From contig JAGGUN010000022.1 of assembly GCA_021158465.1 (NCBI GenBank), positions 2,808 through 66,807 of the forward strand: a stretch of 64,000 bases of DNA. The letters run 5' to 3'. Source of the DNA: a bacterium. Lineage in GTDB: Bacteria > UBP14 > UBA6098 > 4484-93. The position numbers were made by a program, and so were the translations under genes. The first letter of the stretch is position 1. Every line of letters starts with the position of its first letter. The notes below the pieces were generated by a model, which saw nothing but the letters and a program-made list of their open reading frames with translations, did not search any database and was not told the origin of the DNA. This document shows, piece by piece, positions 48,214 through 59,323 of the stretch.

Positions 48214-49445
48214 ACTGATTTTCCCACATTTTTTTGAAATCCCACAAAAGCTTTCGCGTACAGCCTGTCAAGAGGGGTTTTTTCCACGAGGAAGATGAGC
48301 AATGCGGAGATGAATATGCTCCAGAAGATGACGGCGTAGACGATGTTCTGTGCTGGTTCACTGCCAGGGATGCCCTGAAGTGGCAGGAGTGAAGCAAGGA
48401 CAGCAGCAGCGAGCCCTTTCGGAACTATGACGGACATAATGGTGGCGTCTCGTACGGATGTCGACTCAGGCATAAGATACCTTATCACAACTGACCTTCC
48501 GCAGTATATTACAATGGTTATGATAAGTCCCATAAGGATTGATGGGATATCGGTTATGTTCATCGAGATACCGATATACAGGAAGAAGAATGTCTTGAGC
48601 AGGAATGCGCCTGCGCTGAACGCCATCTTTTCTGTTTCGGAAAACTCTGAGGTTTTGTAGGAGTATTTTTTCAGGAAGCTGATATGCCTGATATTCACCA
48701 CTGTTAGACCGAATGCAAGCGATGCGATAGCCCCACTGTAGCCGAGGAACTCTGTTATCCCATACAATATAAATATGAATGCGAATGTAGTGAACAGGTT
48801 GTCTGGGAAGCGTCGGACGGTTCTTAGGATGAGTGACCATAGGAAGGCACCTACCGCGCCCAGGAAGGCTGCAACAACGAATGAAGCAAGTATCTGCCCG
48901 ATTATCTCCCCGGGGGCGATCTGCCCCTCCTTTACTGCGTTGAATATCCCGATGGTCAACACTACGCACAGCACATCTGTCAGGGCGGATTCCATCGTGA
49001 GAACGGTCTTCGGCACATCACCTATATTGAGCCCCGATATCATCGGCACAACGACAGCGGATGATGTTCCAGCAAGTATCACGCCGCAGAGTATAGCTAC
49101 AAGCAGATTTCCTGACAAGAAGAAATAGACGAGAAGCGATATTAGAACCGCTGAGAGGGCGAATGTTCCCAGTGTTACAGAAACCGTTTCCTTCAATGAT
49201 TTCTCAAGCGATTTGATAGAAAGCTCTGTCCCGGCATCGAAAAGTATCACGATGAGGGCAAGGGTGGCAAAAATACTCCCAAGCTTCCCGAGGTCAGCTG
49301 GGGAGACAATGTGAAACACAGGCCCCACCAAGATTCCGACGAGCATAAGTATGAGCACATCGGGAATCATAGTCTTCTCGAATAGAATAACAAGAAAGTG
49401 CGCAAGGAATATTGTGAGTCCGATGGAAAAGATTACTGTTGCCAA
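48210..49445 (-). CDS. Cation:proton antiporter (CPA1/NhaP-like)
   Basis: About 12-13 TM helices; ILF.AG, ESALTD, PKGLAAAVLA motifs; TTG start. Confidence 0.88.
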   Translation of the reverse strand: MATVIFSIGLTIFLAHFLVILFEKTMIPDVLILMLVGILVGPVFHIVSPADLGKLGSIFATLALIVILFDAGTELSIKSLEKSLKETVSVTLGTFALSAVLISLLVYFFLSGNLLVAILCGVILAGTSSAVVVPMISGLNIGDVPKTVLTMESALTDVLCVVLTIGIFNAVKEGQIAPGEIIGQILASFVVAAFLGAVGAFLWSLILRTVRRFPDNLFTTFAFIFILYGITEFLGYSGAIASLAFGLTVVNIRHISFLKKYSYKTSEFSETEKMAFSAGAFLLKTFFFLYIGISMNITDIPSILMGLIITIVIYCGRSVVIRYLMPESTSVRDATIMSVIVPKGLAAAVLASLLPLQGIPGSEPAQNIVYAVIFWSIFISALLIFLVEKTPLDRLYAKAFVGFQKNVGKSV

Positions 49446-49447
49446 AT

Positions 49448-50572
49448 CTATTCCTGAAAGGAGATGGAATCCTTCTTATCTGATATAGAGGAGTATTCCT
49501 TGGATGTTTGGGCAAACTTCTCGATAAGTTTCTTCGCTCTTTCGGTGTTTTTCTCCTCGAGAGCCTGCGAGAGTTTGTATGCGACCTTTGCCGCATCTGT
49601 TTTCCCGTTCTTCTGCAAGGTTATTGCAAACTCCTGCCATGCTGAATGGTTCGTTATATCCTTATTTATCAACTCCCACAGCACAGGTTCTGCCTCGCTG
49701 TATTTCTCCTGGCGTTCGAGGCAGATAGCGAGGTTATAGTGAGCTTCTGTCATATCTGGGTTGAGCTGCTTCGCTATACGGAAATATTCCTCCCCTTTGT
49801 CGAACCTCTGTATCTGGAACGCAATTATGCCGAACTCAAAGGCGAGATTTGGCTTGAGAGTGTCCGTATTCGGAGTGTATTCGAGTGCCTCATCCATATT
49901 TTTTACCGTTAGTTCTATCTCTCCAAGGGCAGCATATGCCCGTGCGAGAAACTTGTGCACAGTAGGATTCTTTGGCTCTGTAGATGTGAGCTTGTTCAGA
50001 ACATCGATAGCTTTCCTGGCATGTGTTGTATCGCCGGACGCAAGATACTCGCTTGCAAGTATAAGCCCCTGCTGTACATCCGTCGTGTCGAGAGCAAAAG
50101 CCTTTTCTGATTCTTCGAGAGCCTTTTCATCATCGCCGAGCTTGGAATAGAAGTAGGCAAGGTTCTTATGTGCCTCGATTCCGTCTGGTTTTATCTTCTC
50201 CGCAATGAGAGTATACTCGAAAGCCTTCTCGAACTCTTCTTTCTTCCCGTAGCTTATCCCTTTGTTTATGGCGTCAGAGTATTTGCTGTCTTTCCATTTT
50301 TCTATCTTTGGTATAAGGGATGAGTCGAGCTCAGCCGCCTTATTAAACTCTATCAACATAAGTTCGAATGAATCTTTTTCTGCATATATCTGCCCGAGCA
50401 AGAAATGAGCTTCAGCGTTCGCCGGGTTGTTTTCTATCTCAATTTTGAGTTGTTCAAGGGCTGCGTCGAAGTTGTGCTCCTGAATATATACCTTGGCAGA
50501 TGTCATCTCCTTGGACTGACAGGCGAGCATCAGAAGCGGAGCAAATAGCACAACCCACAGATGTCTTTTCAT
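49448..50572 (-). CDS. TPR-repeat lipoprotein
   Basis: LLMLA-C lipobox; repeated AEAHFLLG/EAHKNLA/EAHYNLA TPR motifs. Confidence 0.85.
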   Translation of the reverse strand: MKRHLWVVLFAPLLMLACQSKEMTSAKVYIQEHNFDAALEQLKIEIENNPANAEAHFLLGQIYAEKDSFELMLIEFNKAAELDSSLIPKIEKWKDSKYSDAINKGISYGKKEEFEKAFEYTLIAEKIKPDGIEAHKNLAYFYSKLGDDEKALEESEKAFALDTTDVQQGLILASEYLASGDTTHARKAIDVLNKLTSTEPKNPTVHKFLARAYAALGEIELTVKNMDEALEYTPNTDTLKPNLAFEFGIIAFQIQRFDKGEEYFRIAKQLNPDMTEAHYNLAICLERQEKYSEAEPVLWELINKDITNHSAWQEFAITLQKNGKTDAAKVAYKLSQALEEKNTERAKKLIEKFAQTSKEYSSISDKKDSISFQE

Positions 50573-50753
50573 TTTTTCCTCCTATCCTTTTACCTTGGGT
50601 GAAGTTTAGTTAAAAGCTAATTAAAAATCCCATCTTGGCAAGTATTTTTTCTTCCTATTCGATTTCGATTGACTTTTTTCTATAATGTATATATTTGATA
50701 AGGTTTGAGCAAAGCACTCTGAATAACAAATATATTAGGAGGTGGAGGGGACT

Positions 50754-52097
50754 ATGCGGAGAGTTCTTACCAGAGAGGAGGTTGCTTCCCTTGAGGCAAG
50801 GAGGGTGCACGAGATTATATCAAGCGTTATGCTTGCTGATGGGTTTGACCTTGTCTGCGACCTTTCGAAGAGCAAGGGAGTGTATCTCTATGATGCGAGG
50901 GAAAAGAAATGGTATTTAGATATGTTCAGTTTCTTTGCCTCGCAGGGTCTTGGGTTCAATCATCCGAAGATGAGGGAGCATGATTTCCTGGAGAAGCTCA
51001 CTCGTGCAGCAGTTATGAAACCGAGCAACTCTGACATCTACACGGTCGAAATGGCACAGTTCGTCGCAACATTCAACAGGGTTGCCCTTCCCAAGCATGG
51101 GAAGCATCTGTTCCTCATATCTGGAGGCGCACTTGCTGTTGAGAATGCGCTGAAGGCGGCGTTCGACTGGAAGGTTCAGAAAAACTATGAGAAAGGATAC
51201 AACGAGGAGCGTGGACACAAGGTTCTTCATTTCCGTGAGGCGTTTCATGGCAGAACAGGTTACACACTCTCCTTGACCAACACTGACCCTGTCAAGATAA
51301 GGTATTTCCCCAAGTTCGATTGGCCGAGAGTGGTAAACCCGAAGATAACATTCCCGCTCGAGGAGCATCTCGATGAGGTAAAAAAGCTTGAGGCACAGGC
51401 GATAGATGAGATACATTCTGCTTTCAAAGAGAACCCTGACGATATTGCGGCGATTATCATTGAGCCTATCCAATGTGAGGGGGGAGACAACCATTTCCGA
51501 GCGGAGTTCCTGCAAAAGCTCCGCGAGATAGCGGACGAGAATGAAGCGATGCTCATCTTTGATGAAGTTCAGACAGGTGGCGGGATAACGGGGACTATGT
51601 GGAGCTACGAGCAACTTGGTGTCGAGCCGGACATATTCGCCTTTGGGAAGAAGCTTCAGGTATGCGGGATAGTCTCAGGCTCACGGATTGATGAGGTTAC
51701 CGATAATGTTTTCACTGTCTCCAGTCGGATAAACTCCACCTGGGGTGGTAATCTTGTCGATATGGTTCGCTCCCAGCGGTTCTTGGAGATCGTCGAGGAG
51801 GAGAACCTGCTCGAGAACGCCAGGGTTATGGGAGAGTTCCTGCTTGATGGTTTGAGAGAGATAGAGACGGAGTTCCCGTTCGTTTCCAATGCAAGAGGCA
51901 GGGGGCTTTTGTGTTCCTTTGACCTCGATACCCCGGAAAGACGGGATGCAACAAAGCAAGAGGCGTATAGGCTCGGGATGATAATTCTCCCCTGTGGTGT
52001 TCGCTCCATCCGCTTCCGACCAGTGCTTGATGTTGAAAAGAGCGATATCGAACGCGCTCTCGCGATCCTTCGCGAGGCTCTAACAAGGGTAAAATAG
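50754..52097 (+). CDS. lat: L-lysine 6-transaminase
   Basis: KPSNSDIY, GGALAVENALKAAFDWK, FHGRTGYTLSLTNT, EGGDNH, DEVQTG, FGKK.Q, SSRINSTWGG. Confidence 0.92.
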   Translation: MRRVLTREEVASLEARRVHEIISSVMLADGFDLVCDLSKSKGVYLYDAREKKWYLDMFSFFASQGLGFNHPKMREHDFLEKLTRAAVMKPSNSDIYTVEMAQFVATFNRVALPKHGKHLFLISGGALAVENALKAAFDWKVQKNYEKGYNEERGHKVLHFREAFHGRTGYTLSLTNTDPVKIRYFPKFDWPRVVNPKITFPLEEHLDEVKKLEAQAIDEIHSAFKENPDDIAAIIIEPIQCEGGDNHFRAEFLQKLREIADENEAMLIFDEVQTGGGITGTMWSYEQLGVEPDIFAFGKKLQVCGIVSGSRIDEVTDNVFTVSSRINSTWGGNLVDMVRSQRFLEIVEEENLLENARVMGEFLLDGLREIETEFPFVSNARGRGLLCSFDLDTPERRDATKQEAYRLGMIILPCGVRSIRFRPVLDVEKSDIERALAILREALTRVK

Positions 52098-52148
52098 GTT
52101 TTGGAAATAGCGCCAAACTGTGTATTATTAAATAAAGGGGGATAGATT

Positions 52149-52346
52149 ATGGCGAGGAAGGTAACATCATTCAGGGACAAACTGAAGAAAGCAGCGAAAG
52201 AAAAGCATATTAAGTGCCCTGTCTGTGGTAGGGAGAAGAAGTTTGTAAAGGCGATAAGAGCGAGGAGGACCCAGAAAGGCTCGTACCGGTATGTTGAGGA
52301 GGTGGTAGCGGTTTGTGGTTGCAATGAGAAAGATGTGTTTGCATAG
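52149..52346 (+). CDS. Small basic Zn-finger protein, bL38/DUF4295-like ribosomal protein candidate
   Basis: 65 aa; CPVC and CGC; VKAIRARRTQKGSYRYVEEVV resembles the DUF4295 beta-hairpin; GGGGGA SD. Confidence 0.6.
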   Translation: MARKVTSFRDKLKKAAKEKHIKCPVCGREKKFVKAIRARRTQKGSYRYVEEVVAVCGCNEKDVFA

Positions 52347-52365
52347 GTGGGTGATAAGATTATGG

Positions 52366-52394
52366 TTGACAATCTGTCTGGCGATGTGTATATA
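52366..52394 (+). promoter_or_regulatory. Promoter for clpC
   Basis: TTGACA-N17-TATATA. Confidence 0.6.
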
Positions 52395-52427
52395 AAGGAT
52401 AGGGTCTAACTGTGGGGGTGTTTGGTT

Positions 52428-54899
52428 ATGAGTCTTGCATATTCTGACAGGTTTCGGCGGGTTTTACAGCACGCGCGGGAAGAGGCGTCCAGACTGGGAC
52501 ACAACTACATAAGCGTTGACCATCTTATCCTTGGATTCTTACAAGAGAAGAATTGTACTGCTGTTCGTGTTCTTCAGGGGATTGGCGTGAACACAGATGA
52601 GCTTCGTGCTGCTATCGAGGAGCGTATGGATGCGGGTGAGGTATCCTATTTCCTTGGGCACATTATAATGACATCGAAGGCGAATAAGGTAATTGAGCAG
52701 GCACGTGTGGAGGCGATAAACCTTAACTCGAAGGTTATAGGAACAGAGCATCTTCTTCTTGCGATTCTCTCGTCGGAGAATAAGGGAGGCTTGGGCAACC
52801 TTCTTGCCTCGTTTTCCATAACCTACAGGGATGTTCTTGAGTATATAGAGGATGAGTTAGCTCGCGGCGGAGCGAAGCCTGGGAGGAAGCCGAGGCGCAA
52901 GGTTCGGAAGGGAACACCAACGCTGGATCAGTTTGGCAGGGACCTAACCGAACTTGCTCGTCAGGGGAAGCTCGATCCGGTGATAGGGCGCGAGCCAGAG
53001 ATAGACCGGCTTGCTCAAATCCTCTGCCGGAGGAAGAAGAACAATCCGGTTCTTATAGGTGAGCCGGGTGTTGGGAAAACGGCTATTGTTGAAGGGCTTG
53101 CCCAGAAGGTGGTTAAAAAGGATGTTCCGTATCTTCTGCAGAATAAGCGGATAGTTGCGCTCGACCTTGCGGCTCTTGTGGCAGGGACGAAATATCGTGG
53201 ACAGTTCGAGGAGCGGATAAAGGGTGTTATGCGAGAGATAACCGAAGCGGAGAATGTGATCATATTTATTGATGAGTTCCACACGATTGTGGGGGCAGGT
53301 AGTGCTGAGGGTGCGCTCGATGCCTCGAATATCTTTAAGCCGGCTTTGGCAAGTGGTGAGATACAGTGTATAGGTGCCACCACGATGACAGAGTATCGGA
53401 AGTATATCGAGAAGGATGGGGCGTTGGAGCGCAGGTTCCAGAAGATAATGGTTGAGCCGCCGACATATCGCGAGACGATTCAGATATTGATGGGGCTTCG
53501 TGAAAAGTATGAGGAGCATCACAAGGTAAAGATACTGGATTCGGCGATAGAGGCAGCGGTTAGGCTATCGGATAGATATATTCAAGGGTATTTCCAGCCA
53601 GACAAGGCTATCGACCTGATAGATGAGGCTTCCGCCCGTGTGAACCTCGATAGCTACATTAAATCTCCTGAGATACTCGAGGTAGAGGGGAAGATAGAAA
53701 AGCTGGAGTTAGAGAAAGCAGAGGCGATAGCGAATCAGGACTTCGAGCTTGCTGCCAGAAAGAGGGATGAAATAAGGGCGCAGAAACTTGTTTTGGAAAC
53801 TCTCGAGGAGAATTGGAAAGAGTTGATGAAGAAGAATATCCCCGAGGTCACATCTGAGGATGTTGCCAGGGTTGTTTCCAGAATTACAGGGATTCCGCTC
53901 TCCCGCCTGGAGAAAGACGATTCCCGGCGTCTGCTCAGCCTCGAGGAGAGAATAAAAAAGCGCCTTGTCGGTCAGGACGAGGCGGTTGAGAAGGTTGCCA
54001 GGGCTATCCGTCGTTCAAGGGCAGGGCTTTCTGACCCAAAAAGACCGATAGGTTCTTTCCTCTTCCTTGGACCGTCTGGTGTCGGTAAGACGGAGCTTGC
54101 AAAGGTGGTCGCAGATGAGTTGTTTGACACCAAATCTGCATTCATAAAGATAGATATGTCCGAATATTCTGAGCGGTTCTCTCTCTCTCGCCTCATTGGT
54201 GCTCCTCCTGGGTATGTTGGGTATGAAGAGGGGGGACAGCTAACAGAAGCTGTCAGACGGCATCCATATTCGGTAGTCCTGTTTGATGAGATAGAAAAGG
54301 CTCATCCGGACATATACAATATCCTCCTTCAGATACTGGATGAGGGTGTTCTAACCGATAGCTTCGGCAGAAAGGTGGATTTCAGGAACTGCATTGTCAT
54401 TATTACAAGCAATGTTGGAACAAGGAAATTTTCATCTACCCAAATGGGGTTTGGTGTCCCCGATACGATGAGCTTCGAGGAGATGAAGGGAATGCTTCTC
54501 AAAGAGATTAAAGACTATATGCGCCCTGAGTTTTTGAATAGGGTGGATGAGATAATTGTCTTCAGACCGCTCGACTTCGATAGCATTTTGAAGATAGTTG
54601 ACATCCAGATGGAAGAGGTGAATCGGCGTATTGCCCACAAGGAACTCACAATCCATCTGACCCCCGAGGCTAAGGAGTGGGTGGCGCGCAAAGGGTTCGA
54701 CAAGGAGATGGGAGCACGACCACTCAAGCGGACAATCCAGAAATGTATCGAGGATGCAATATCAGAGCGTATACTGGATGGCAGGATCAAATGGGAATCC
54801 GATGTTGTGGTGCTTGTGGAGAATGACCATCTGGTGTTCAAGAACATCGTCGATAAGGAAGACCATCCTCTTGAAGAGGAGCCTATAAAGAGCGATTAG
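52428..54899 (+). CDS. clpC: ATP-dependent Clp protease ATPase subunit ClpC
   Basis: Clp N repeats, [11 protein letters not shown]-type M domain ([11 protein letters not shown]), [11 protein letters not shown] ClpP-binding loop, GARPL. Confidence 0.94.
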   Translation: MSLAYSDRFRRVLQHAREEASRLGHNYISVDHLILGFLQEKNCTAVRVLQGIGVNTDELRAAIEERMDAGEVSYFLGHIIMTSKANKVIEQARVEAINLNSKVIGTEHLLLAILSSENKGGLGNLLASFSITYRDVLEYIEDELARGGAKPGRKPRRKVRKGTPTLDQFGRDLTELARQGKLDPVIGREPEIDRLAQILCRRKKNNPVLIGEPGVGKTAIVEGLAQKVVKKDVPYLLQNKRIVALDLAALVAGTKYRGQFEERIKGVMREITEAENVIIFIDEFHTIVGAGSAEGALDASNIFKPALASGEIQCIGATTMTEYRKYIEKDGALERRFQKIMVEPPTYRETIQILMGLREKYEEHHKVKILDSAIEAAVRLSDRYIQGYFQPDKAIDLIDEASARVNLDSYIKSPEILEVEGKIEKLELEKAEAIANQDFELAARKRDEIRAQKLVLETLEENWKELMKKNIPEVTSEDVARVVSRITGIPLSRLEKDDSRRLLSLEERIKKRLVGQDEAVEKVARAIRRSRAGLSDPKRPIGSFLFLGPSGVGKTELAKVVADELFDTKSAFIKIDMSEYSERFSLSRLIGAPPGYVGYEEGGQLTEAVRRHPYSVVLFDEIEKAHPDIYNILLQILDEGVLTDSFGRKVDFRNCIVIITSNVGTRKFSSTQMGFGVPDTMSFEEMKGMLLKEIKDYMRPEFLNRVDEIIVFRPLDFDSILKIVDIQMEEVNRRIAHKELTIHLTPEAKEWVARKGFDKEMGARPLKRTIQKCIEDAISERILDGRIKWESDVVVLVENDHLVFKNIVDKEDHPLEEEPIKSD

Positions 54900-54923
54900 T
54901 TGAAAGCTTCCCCTTGTAGATTT

Positions 54924-57900
54924 TTACCTTACCAGAAGCATTCTCTTTGAAATCCTGTAGTTTGATGTCTTCAGTTGGTAGATGTATATCCCGGATGGGA
55001 GATCCTTTGCGTTCCAGCTGAGCCTGTGGAAGCCGGCGGATACCCGTCCTGACGCAAGGGTGGAGAGCTTCTGTCCGTTTATGTTAAACACGGCAAGCTC
55101 GATCTCATCCTCCTCGGGAAGCCCGAATACTATCTCAGTTATCGGGTTAAACGGGTTCGGGCGGTTTTGGAAGAGGACAGGGGTTCTCGGAATTGCTCCT
55201 GACTGTTCCCATATATCGTAGATTACAACATCCTGACAGAGTGTGTATGGTTCGTGGTGCCCGAAATCACAGAAAGACTCTATTGTCACGCAGACGGTAA
55301 TATCACAGGAATCAGCCGTGCAACCCCAAATGTAGTCTGCATCACCAGAGTTGAATCTGATTGTTCTTGTCTCTGCGTCGACGGAGATTCCTGGGCTGTC
55401 TACCGTAAAGGTATCATCACCTATGCTCAGCTCGGTCGTATAGAAATCGAGCTCGCCTCCTGCTAACACGATTGTTATGTCTGACAATGTATCAGGGCGT
55501 GTGCTTTCAGGGTCTCCAGGTATGACCTCAAACTCAGCTATGTATGCTGTATCCGGGTTGACAAAGAACCGGATGCACACGGGCTCGGGCAACCAGCTGC
55601 CGGTTGTATTATAGCATCTGTCAACACAAACCTCCACCGTATCCCCCTCTATCCAGGGGGTATGAGTGAGGGTTGCAATCCCCTCGGAGAATGAGAGTTC
55701 AGGATCATCTATTGTATAGGAGAAATCCCCATCCGATGTGTGCATAGAGATAAGGAGTGAATCTTCTTCTATACCGCTTGCATCGTATAGTTCTATCTCA
55801 ACAGGCAGCTCCGGGTCGCAGACGATAGAGTTGCTTGTGGGGGTGGTAAAAAGCACACTCGGATAGTCGCTGTAGGTTCTGAATGAGAAGCTGTATGGTT
55901 CCATAACATTCGGGTCGCCTATATCGGGTAGATCACCTGCGTTAACTACAACATTCACGGTGGAAAACATAGGGAAATAGATTCCCGCTTCCTCTGGGTT
56001 AAATATGAGGGTGTCCCCAGTAAGGCTAAGTCCTGGCTCAGATAGGGAATATGTTACTCCGTTGACTGTCATCGTTATCAGTTCTGGATTGAGCCTCCCG
56101 CATTCATCGCCGAGTATCACATAGATTATCTGGTGCATATCCTCGGATGTATCGCCATCCTCTGGGAAGGTTGAGACAACATAGGGTGGTGTCAGGTCTA
56201 CAACAAAAGCGAAATTGAGAGGTGACTCCAGTTCTGTGCCGAGTGTGTCCATAGCCGAGATAACACCAACGGTGACTACCTCGCAGTTCTCCCAGGGTGA
56301 GGGAGGTGTATAAACAAGCAGAGAATCTTCTTCCAGGGGTGTGGCTGTCATTGTATCGTCGTTGACATACCATACGATGGATGAAGGGACAACCTCGTTC
56401 CCATCGAAAAGGGAGACAGTTATTACCTGATTAGGGTTGGATGTTATATGGTCTGGCATAGGTTCGATCGGATGCGCCCTTGGACCGTGGGAGTTCACTG
56501 TGAAGAACCAGCAGAGTTCCCCTCCTTCCAGATGGTTTGGTTCGCCATAATCGGGATGGTCGGTGACATCGAGGAGACAAACCTCGGTGTAGCCATCCTC
56601 AAGGATTGTCTCACCATCAGGGGTCAATGAGAGACTATCCTCGTCGGGATCATAGGAGATAAGCGGTGATGGATAGCTGATAGAGTCGTCATTTATGCTG
56701 AAGACGACGGACGGTAGGTAGATCTTCCCTTGGAGCGCATCGTGGACAAAGACTACAATGGTCTCAAGTGAATCGGTGATGAGGTCATCATCATAAGGGT
56801 AATAGTCTGTCCATACAGGACCGGAGAGGTCTATCCAACAGTCGTATACCCCCGATGTATCAGCACTGCAGCCATCGTAGTCAGCTGCAGATACTATCTT
56901 GAAGATGACATGGGTACCGTCCAGGAAAGGTTCTGGCGGGTTGAAGAAGAGGGTATCTCCTGAGAAGTGCATCGTTCCAGATGAGTATGGATACACAGCT
57001 GTTGAGCCGATCAGTCCGGCTGAAATCTTGATAGAGCTTGTATCTACCCCCTCATCGTCGGTTATGGTAAAGATGATTCCCTGAAATTCGTTGCTGGAGA
57101 AAAGGTCTCTTGTTGGTTCATCCGATACGGGTTCAAGAACCTCGATCTCCGGTGGAATGTAACTGGAATACTCCACGAAGACATCGAGAGCAGCCTCGGA
57201 AACCAAGCCGGGATATGTGGATGTAGTAGCCTCGATAACATATGTCAAATACACATCGGACTCCGCTGGTGGGTCGACATGCACCCTCCAGTTTACAGGA
57301 ACGGTCCTGTATGGTAGGAATGTGGATATAATCGCAGCGGTCTCTGGGGTTGCTGGGTCACAGTGAAGCCCCTCGGGTAGTCTCAACCGTATCACAACAT
57401 CGCTGAGGGTATCAGGCATTGAGTTGGTAGCAACGGCGTTTATGGAAAACGGATTAGGGCGTAGCTCACAGTTAACCACTCGTATCTCACGGATCTGCCT
57501 CATCAGTCTGAAGCTTACGAACCCCGGATAGAATGCTGCCCCTCCTGCCTCTCCATAGATTATATTGGTGTAGAATGTCTCACCAGGGTTCCTCGTCACG
57601 GGGTTCCAGCGCATAAGAACCCCGCTATCGGTGATAAGAGAGTCGCTATGCATTTCGCAATCAAAGTCGTCCCAGTGTGTGATTGCCAATCTTCGCCAGT
57701 TCCCAAGAACAAGAAAATTCGGTGGGGTGATACTCATATCCATATGGGCTGCAATACCCGAATCCGAAAAGGGCATATCAAACTCGTACGCTATCCATTC
57801 CAGTGGAACATAATCTATTGTATCGGATGGGAAGCAGGTAACATGGTCAGAATACCCTGCCGAGGTCCAGAAGGGTGCATCGTCTCTACCGTTGATGTCT

Positions 57901-58394
57901 GTGTCGATAATCTCCAGTATCCCTACGATGTGCGGATTGATTGGGTCAACGTTTTGGAAATAGTACTGAATGGAGACAGCACCGGCAGTATCGATACCGA
58001 TAGAATCTCCAACGGAATCGTAAACCGTGTAAGTGAAATCAAACGGAGAGAGAAGCTCGGTTAGTGTCAGATGGAGCCCAATATCCCAGTCGAAGAATAT
58101 CGCTGTTGAATCGGATGTAATCCCTGAGCGAACAGGGAAGCCGATGTAAGGTAGCTCTGTTGATCCAGGGTACATTCCGTAAATCTCGCCGTCTATGAAG
58201 AAGTTAGCGAAGCTCGTGTATCCCGGGTGGATAAGGCACATTGAGCTATCTCCCTCGATGAGCTCGATGTAATATAGTCCGGTTGCTCTGTCAGCCTCGA
58301 CGGCTATTCTCGATGTCTCGAGCCTATACTGACCAAAGGCTACTGTAGCTGTTGCCAGTATCAGCAACAAAGCTATCATCCAAACCTTTCTCAT
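54924..58394 (-). CDS. Large acidic secreted protein with about six tandem Ig-like repeats and type A T9SS CTD
   Basis: Signal peptide; ~105-aa repeats starting (P/G)P....P...Q.I...(L/I).D...V/I...S; QNRPNPFNP...SGIYIY...KRMLLVR. Confidence 0.82.
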   Translation of the reverse strand: MRKVWMIALLLILATATVAFGQYRLETSRIAVEADRATGLYYIELIEGDSSMCLIHPGYTSFANFFIDGEIYGMYPGSTELPYIGFPVRSGITSDSTAIFFDWDIGLHLTLTELLSPFDFTYTVYDSVGDSIGIDTAGAVSIQYYFQNVDPINPHIVGILEIIDTDINGRDDAPFWTSAGYSDHVTCFPSDTIDYVPLEWIAYEFDMPFSDSGIAAHMDMSITPPNFLVLGNWRRLAITHWDDFDCEMHSDSLITDSGVLMRWNPVTRNPGETFYTNIIYGEAGGAAFYPGFVSFRLMRQIREIRVVNCELRPNPFSINAVATNSMPDTLSDVVIRLRLPEGLHCDPATPETAAIISTFLPYRTVPVNWRVHVDPPAESDVYLTYVIEATTSTYPGLVSEAALDVFVEYSSYIPPEIEVLEPVSDEPTRDLFSSNEFQGIIFTITDDEGVDTSSIKISAGLIGSTAVYPYSSGTMHFSGDTLFFNPPEPFLDGTHVIFKIVSAADYDGCSADTSGVYDCWIDLSGPVWTDYYPYDDDLITDSLETIVVFVHDALQGKIYLPSVVFSINDDSISYPSPLISYDPDEDSLSLTPDGETILEDGYTEVCLLDVTDHPDYGEPNHLEGGELCWFFTVNSHGPRAHPIEPMPDHITSNPNQVITVSLFDGNEVVPSSIVWYVNDDTMTATPLEEDSLLVYTPPSPWENCEVVTVGVISAMDTLGTELESPLNFAFVVDLTPPYVVSTFPEDGDTSEDMHQIIYVILGDECGRLNPELITMTVNGVTYSLSEPGLSLTGDTLIFNPEEAGIYFPMFSTVNVVVNAGDLPDIGDPNVMEPYSFSFRTYSDYPSVLFTTPTSNSIVCDPELPVEIELYDASGIEEDSLLISMHTSDGDFSYTIDDPELSFSEGIATLTHTPWIEGDTVEVCVDRCYNTTGSWLPEPVCIRFFVNPDTAYIAEFEVIPGDPESTRPDTLSDITIVLAGGELDFYTTELSIGDDTFTVDSPGISVDAETRTIRFNSGDADYIWGCTADSCDITVCVTIESFCDFGHHEPYTLCQDVVIYDIWEQSGAIPRTPVLFQNRPNPFNPITEIVFGLPEEDEIELAVFNINGQKLSTLASGRVSAGFHRLSWNAKDLPSGIYIYQLKTSNYRISKRMLLVR

Positions 58395-58422
58395 CTCCTC
58401 CTCCTTTGGTAGTCTATTTTCG

Positions 58423-59298
58423 TCAATCTATCAGCTTAAAATGGAGTCTAACAAACCCTTTGTATATTTTGCCATCCAGAAGCAAGATTTCCTCATAGTA
58501 CCTTCCTACTTCACCTGCGTTCTCAGGAACATTGAGCGTTATCTTTAGCTCTTTTCCTTCGCCGTTTCTCACGCTCAGTCTTTTCTTGTAGGAGAACCAG
58601 TCGGGATCTTTTACCCTCTGGTAGGGCTGGTTGATAAGGATGGTAAGCTTTGCCACATCTGATTCTGGGTCAAGAGGGTGGATCTCCATGTGCATAGTTG
58701 GTTCGACTTTCTGATAGACGGTCATTGTTTTCTGGTATTTTTCTCCATGCCTTACCTTGCCGAAATCGAGAACCGATGGCACAGTGATTATCTCTTCTCC
58801 GATTGTCTCGGGTACAACCTCATCCGATGGTTCAGTCTCCAGGCGGTACAGGAGATATGCCCCCATAATGATAGCCTGTCCTGGTAGTGATTTTCCTGTT
58901 GTGTCCTCGGAAACATCGATGCCGACGAGCCAGTGCCTGTTGTACCAGGATGGATTATCTGGAATGTGCACTCTCATACCTATCTCGGCAGTGTCTTTTG
59001 GTGGAACGATGACGGAGTTTGTGTCGAGCGAGAACCAGGAGGGGTCAAAGATATCGAAGTATCCTGTAACGGTGGTGTTCATCTCACCTGGTCGGTTGGG
59101 GGAAAGCAGGTATCTCTTTGGATAGTCATCGGTGTTGTATATCTTGATGGTGAGCCCCTGCTCATCGAAGAAATCGAACTGTTTCCCCACCGGGATATTT
59201 TGAATGAGAATAGTTCCTGGTGTTATCTTTATGCCAGAGCAGAAGGCGGAATGAACCGCAAAAAGCAGTAAAATAAGAATAATCAACTCCCTTCTCAT
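58423..59298 (-). CDS. Exported hypothetical protein with two internal PapD/Ig-like repeats
   Basis: Signal peptide; duplicated DPSWFS / DPDWFS and (I/V)P(D/E)N...R(H/Y) pattern. Confidence 0.65.
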   Translation of the reverse strand: MRRELIILILLLFAVHSAFCSGIKITPGTILIQNIPVGKQFDFFDEQGLTIKIYNTDDYPKRYLLSPNRPGEMNTTVTGYFDIFDPSWFSLDTNSVIVPPKDTAEIGMRVHIPDNPSWYNRHWLVGIDVSEDTTGKSLPGQAIIMGAYLLYRLETEPSDEVVPETIGEEIITVPSVLDFGKVRHGEKYQKTMTVYQKVEPTMHMEIHPLDPESDVAKLTILINQPYQRVKDPDWFSYKKRLSVRNGEGKELKITLNVPENAGEVGRYYEEILLLDGKIYKGFVRLHFKLID

Positions 59299-59323
59299 AA
59301 CTTCGTTCCTCCTTTATTATCCT

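Noticed and set aside
50916-52372. 232-aa and 238-aa minus-strand ORFs
   Set aside because: Antisense to lat and the small basic protein; no motifs.
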